Shown here piece after piece: positions 61,216-64,000 of a stretch of 64,000 bases of DNA. Positions within the stretch are counted from its first letter, which is position 1, and each line of letters begins with the position of its first letter. Under the pieces are notes generated by a model, which saw nothing but the letters and a program-made list of their open reading frames with translations, ran no database searches and had not been told where the DNA came from. Location: positions 449,901,261 to 449,965,260 of the forward strand of contig NC_133620.1 of assembly GCF_048593235.1 (NCBI RefSeq), given 5' to 3'. Source of the stretch: Sminthopsis crassicaudata (Eukaryota). Made by a program: the position numbers and the translations under genes.

Positions 61216-61939
61216 TTTTTAAAAAGCTGACCAAAAGAGCATTAATTACTACAGACTCAATGCCTACTTTCCTTTCTCTACAAAAAGTTCATGAGAATAA
61301 TCCACCCAAAGGCCGAGGGCAGGAAGGTCCAAAAAGAAAAGGGATGATTCCTGAATGGTATTCCATGGCAGATCATACATTGCCACCTACCCTGGCTAGT
61401 GCAGAACCAGCTTTACAGAGGCCGTGTTCGGGGGGACGCATCCTCAGTGCCTCAACTCCTTCCTTGGGGCTGCAGAAAAAGTTTGCTGCCCACCCACCTG
61501 ACTGCAGACTTCTCTCCAGCCATTTCCTTGCCATCCAGCTTGCTAACTATCCCACTGTACTTACTGGCTCTTAACAACAGAAAAGCACATGAGATGGACA
61601 GAGTAAAATGTCACCCTGAGCTTTTTTTCCCACAAGGGATCTTTCATTCATAAGCCAAAACCTAGGAGATTCCTTGAAAGACTAAACACCATTGCTTTGC
61701 TTGAGGACTGATCAAACAAGGCCCCAAATGGGGAAAAAGAGAGCACAGCCAATGCAAAACTGCAGAGAGATTTTCTAGAGATGATGAGACCCTTCACATG
61801 CTTTGCATGGCGTTTCCATGTTTTACTGTGCTTAGGGCATACAGATGGGAACAGGAGGAGGATGGGCAACACTGCCTTTGGGAAACTGAACATCTATTTT
61901 CTATATCCCCAGCCTTCTCCCTGAAACCAAGCCTCTTTA

Positions 61940-62125
61940 ATAATAAAGGCTTTAAATACTACCTACCATGTGGCCCGGCATTGTGCTAAGCTCTTTATAA
62001 ATATTATCTCATTTTTCCTCACAACTGCCCTGGGAGTTAGGTGCGTTTAATATACACATTTTACAGCTGAGGAAACAGAGGCAAGCAGAGGTTCAGGTGT
62101 CTTTGTCCAAAGTCACAGAGGGCTG
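61940..62125 (-). mobile_element. MAR1/MIR CORE-SINE
   Basis: cattttacagctgaggaaacagaggca core reversed. Confidence 0.7.
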
Positions 62126-62339
62126 AAGGTCCATCAGCCATCTAGTAATGATTAGCATTCCCCTGCTGCTTTAAGATTTGCCAATCACTTTACAAACATG
62201 ATGCCATTGGACCCTCCCAACAGCCCTGAATTTGTCGTCCAGGTCTCCTGACTCCAGCAGCTGCCCTGGGCTCTGCACATGCCCCATCCACACCCACCCA
62301 TCCCCCAGGCCTGTCCTGTCCCTCTCCCCTGGGGCTGTC

Positions 62340-62880
62340 AACCCCAATAGGTGCAGGCCCTTCCCACCTGTCCCTGTGTCCCCCGTCAGCCACTAAAGCA
62401 CAGATCTGTTGTGTCACCCCTTCAAAATAAACATCCACGGTTTCTATTAGAGTCTCTGGAGCAAATACAAGATGCTATTATGATCCAAAGCCCTGCATCA
62501 CACTCCGACCTCTGGCCTCTTCAGCCTTCTTACCCCTTACTTTTCAACACAGTCTTGGACCTTCCTGGCTGTTCCATGAACAAGAGGCTCCAGGTACTTC
62601 CTCAGATTGCTCCCCATACCTGGGATGATCTTTCCCTTCATGTCTCTCTCCTGGGTTCTTCTGAATCCCAAATACAATCCCAGCTTTTACAAGGAGCCTT
62701 TCCCAAGCCCTCTTGCTTCTAATTATTCCCTACTTATCCCACATAGATTTTGTTCACACATATTTGTTTCCTGATGTCTCTCTACTGGATGATGACAGCA
62801 GGGATGGTCTTCTGCTTCTTTTTATATCCCCAGCACTTAGCACAGTGCCTGGCACAAAGGAAGATTGATTGATTATGATC
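62340..62880 (+). mobile_element. L2 3' portion
   Basis: ttttatatccccagcacttagcacagtgcctggcaca terminal motif preceded by pyrimidine-rich L2 body. Confidence 0.65.
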
Positions 62881-63260
62881 CAGTCATAAGACGTCAGTCT
62901 CCAAAGGTCTAGAGGGGGCTGTGGAGAGTTACACAGTAGGAGCTCACACAGTAGGTGGGAACAGGTTATAACTCATGAAAACGCAAGAACTGCACAGAAG
63001 AATTAACATATAGGACACCATCAGCTAGAGGGCAAGAACTATAAGCCAAGAGATTAATGAAGAAGGAGGAAGGGAAGACTAGCAGACTTTACAGCAGGTC
63101 ACTTAATCCCTCTGGGCCACTGCTTTCTCATTTATGAAAATGAACTGAACTAGTTGACCCTTCAGTTTAAATTTTATGATATTATGAAGTTAAAAAAACA
63201 ATCCCACAACTTGGCATTGTATAAAATAATGGCTAAACCAATTTTTAAAATTTATATTTG

Positions 63261-63610
63261 AATCCAATTCAGTTCCAATTAATCAATGATGGACAGAATC
63301 AGCTACACCCAGAGAAGGAACACTGGGAAATGAGTGTAAACTGTTAGCATTCTTTGTTTTTCTTCCCAGGTTATTTTTACATTCCAAATCCAATTCTTCC
63401 TGTGCAACAAGAGAATTGTATGGATCTACACACATAATTGTATTTAAGATATACTTTAACATGTTTAACATGTATGAGACTGCCTGCCATCTAGGGGAGG
63501 GGGTGGAGGGAGGGAAGGGAAAAGTTGGAACAGAAGTGAGTGCAAGGGACAATGTTGTAAAAAATTACCCAGGCATTTGTTCTGTGAATAAAAAGCTATA
63601 ATTAAAAAAA
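63261..63610 (+). mobile_element. Short L1 3' UTR insertion
   Basis: Marsupial L1 3' UTR with G-rich tract, AATAAA and A tail; TSD-like TTATATTTG at 63252-63260 and 63611-63619. Confidence 0.88.
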
Positions 63611-64000
63611 TTATATTTGGACCAAGGCCACTTTAGGCACCCTAAGTTCACGGATGCTGTGTTCTTTTATCAACTATCTCAAATCTTAAATATGCACAAG
63701 TAATGCTGCAAAAGCACTGCATGATATACATTGATAAGCCCTAGTCGTGCAAGGTCATGCTCACCCCAGATAATTAACTTCAGAAGGTGTTAAAGGTAAG
63801 TCTATCTTTATTAATCCCGGACAAACAGAAGGTAAGAGGCCAGATGGAGCAGAATTTGATCAACAAAGATGCTCCTAACTTGGCTTGTTCTGTTTAGATT
63901 TTTAGAAACCTCCAAATGGTCTCCACAGTTTAGAAAGAAGAGAAAAAGACATAAAAGGACTCAGAGAAAAAGGGACCACAGAAAGAACAGAAAGGGAAAA

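Noticed and set aside
63787-63801. Perfect plus-strand donor AAG|GTAAGT suggesting another antisense exon
   Set aside because: A single 9-mer is expected by chance in 64 kb, and there is no supporting ORF or promoter.

Overview
Marsupial genomic DNA, probably dasyurid (inferred from WSINE1-type SINEs, a marsupial L1 3' UTR and an OC1/OposCharlie-type hAT MITE; species not determinable here). The window is the 3' half of NF1 (neurofibromin) on the minus strand. I mapped 19 coding exons by GT-AG boundaries and translation (legacy 28-39 and 42-48 = systematic 37-48 and 51-57). 17 of them match the human exon lengths as I recall them. Legacy exons 40-41 are absent and presumably lie in a 935-N gap. 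The canonical last exon (GIDKENVELSP...) is not in the window. The large NF1 intron 27b (26364 to beyond the window end) carries the three known nested antisense genes on the plus strand in the human order: EVI2A, EVI2B, OMG. This nested system is established biology, and I found no clearly new multi-gene system. The best leads are: (1) a candidate in-frame alternative terminal NF1 exon at 705-578; (2) an apparent frameshift in NF1 legacy exon 38, most likely an assembly error; (3) a young, tail-less, fully open L1 RT fragment with a perfect 15-bp TSD, inserted antisense into an older L1 inside an L2; (4) sharp exon-to-exon GC3 mosaicism in NF1; (5) a SINE-derived consensus CTCF site beside an intragenic CpG-rich patch; (6) a tandem-repeat expansion in the EVI2B ectodomain. 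Human comparisons are from memory, not from alignments.
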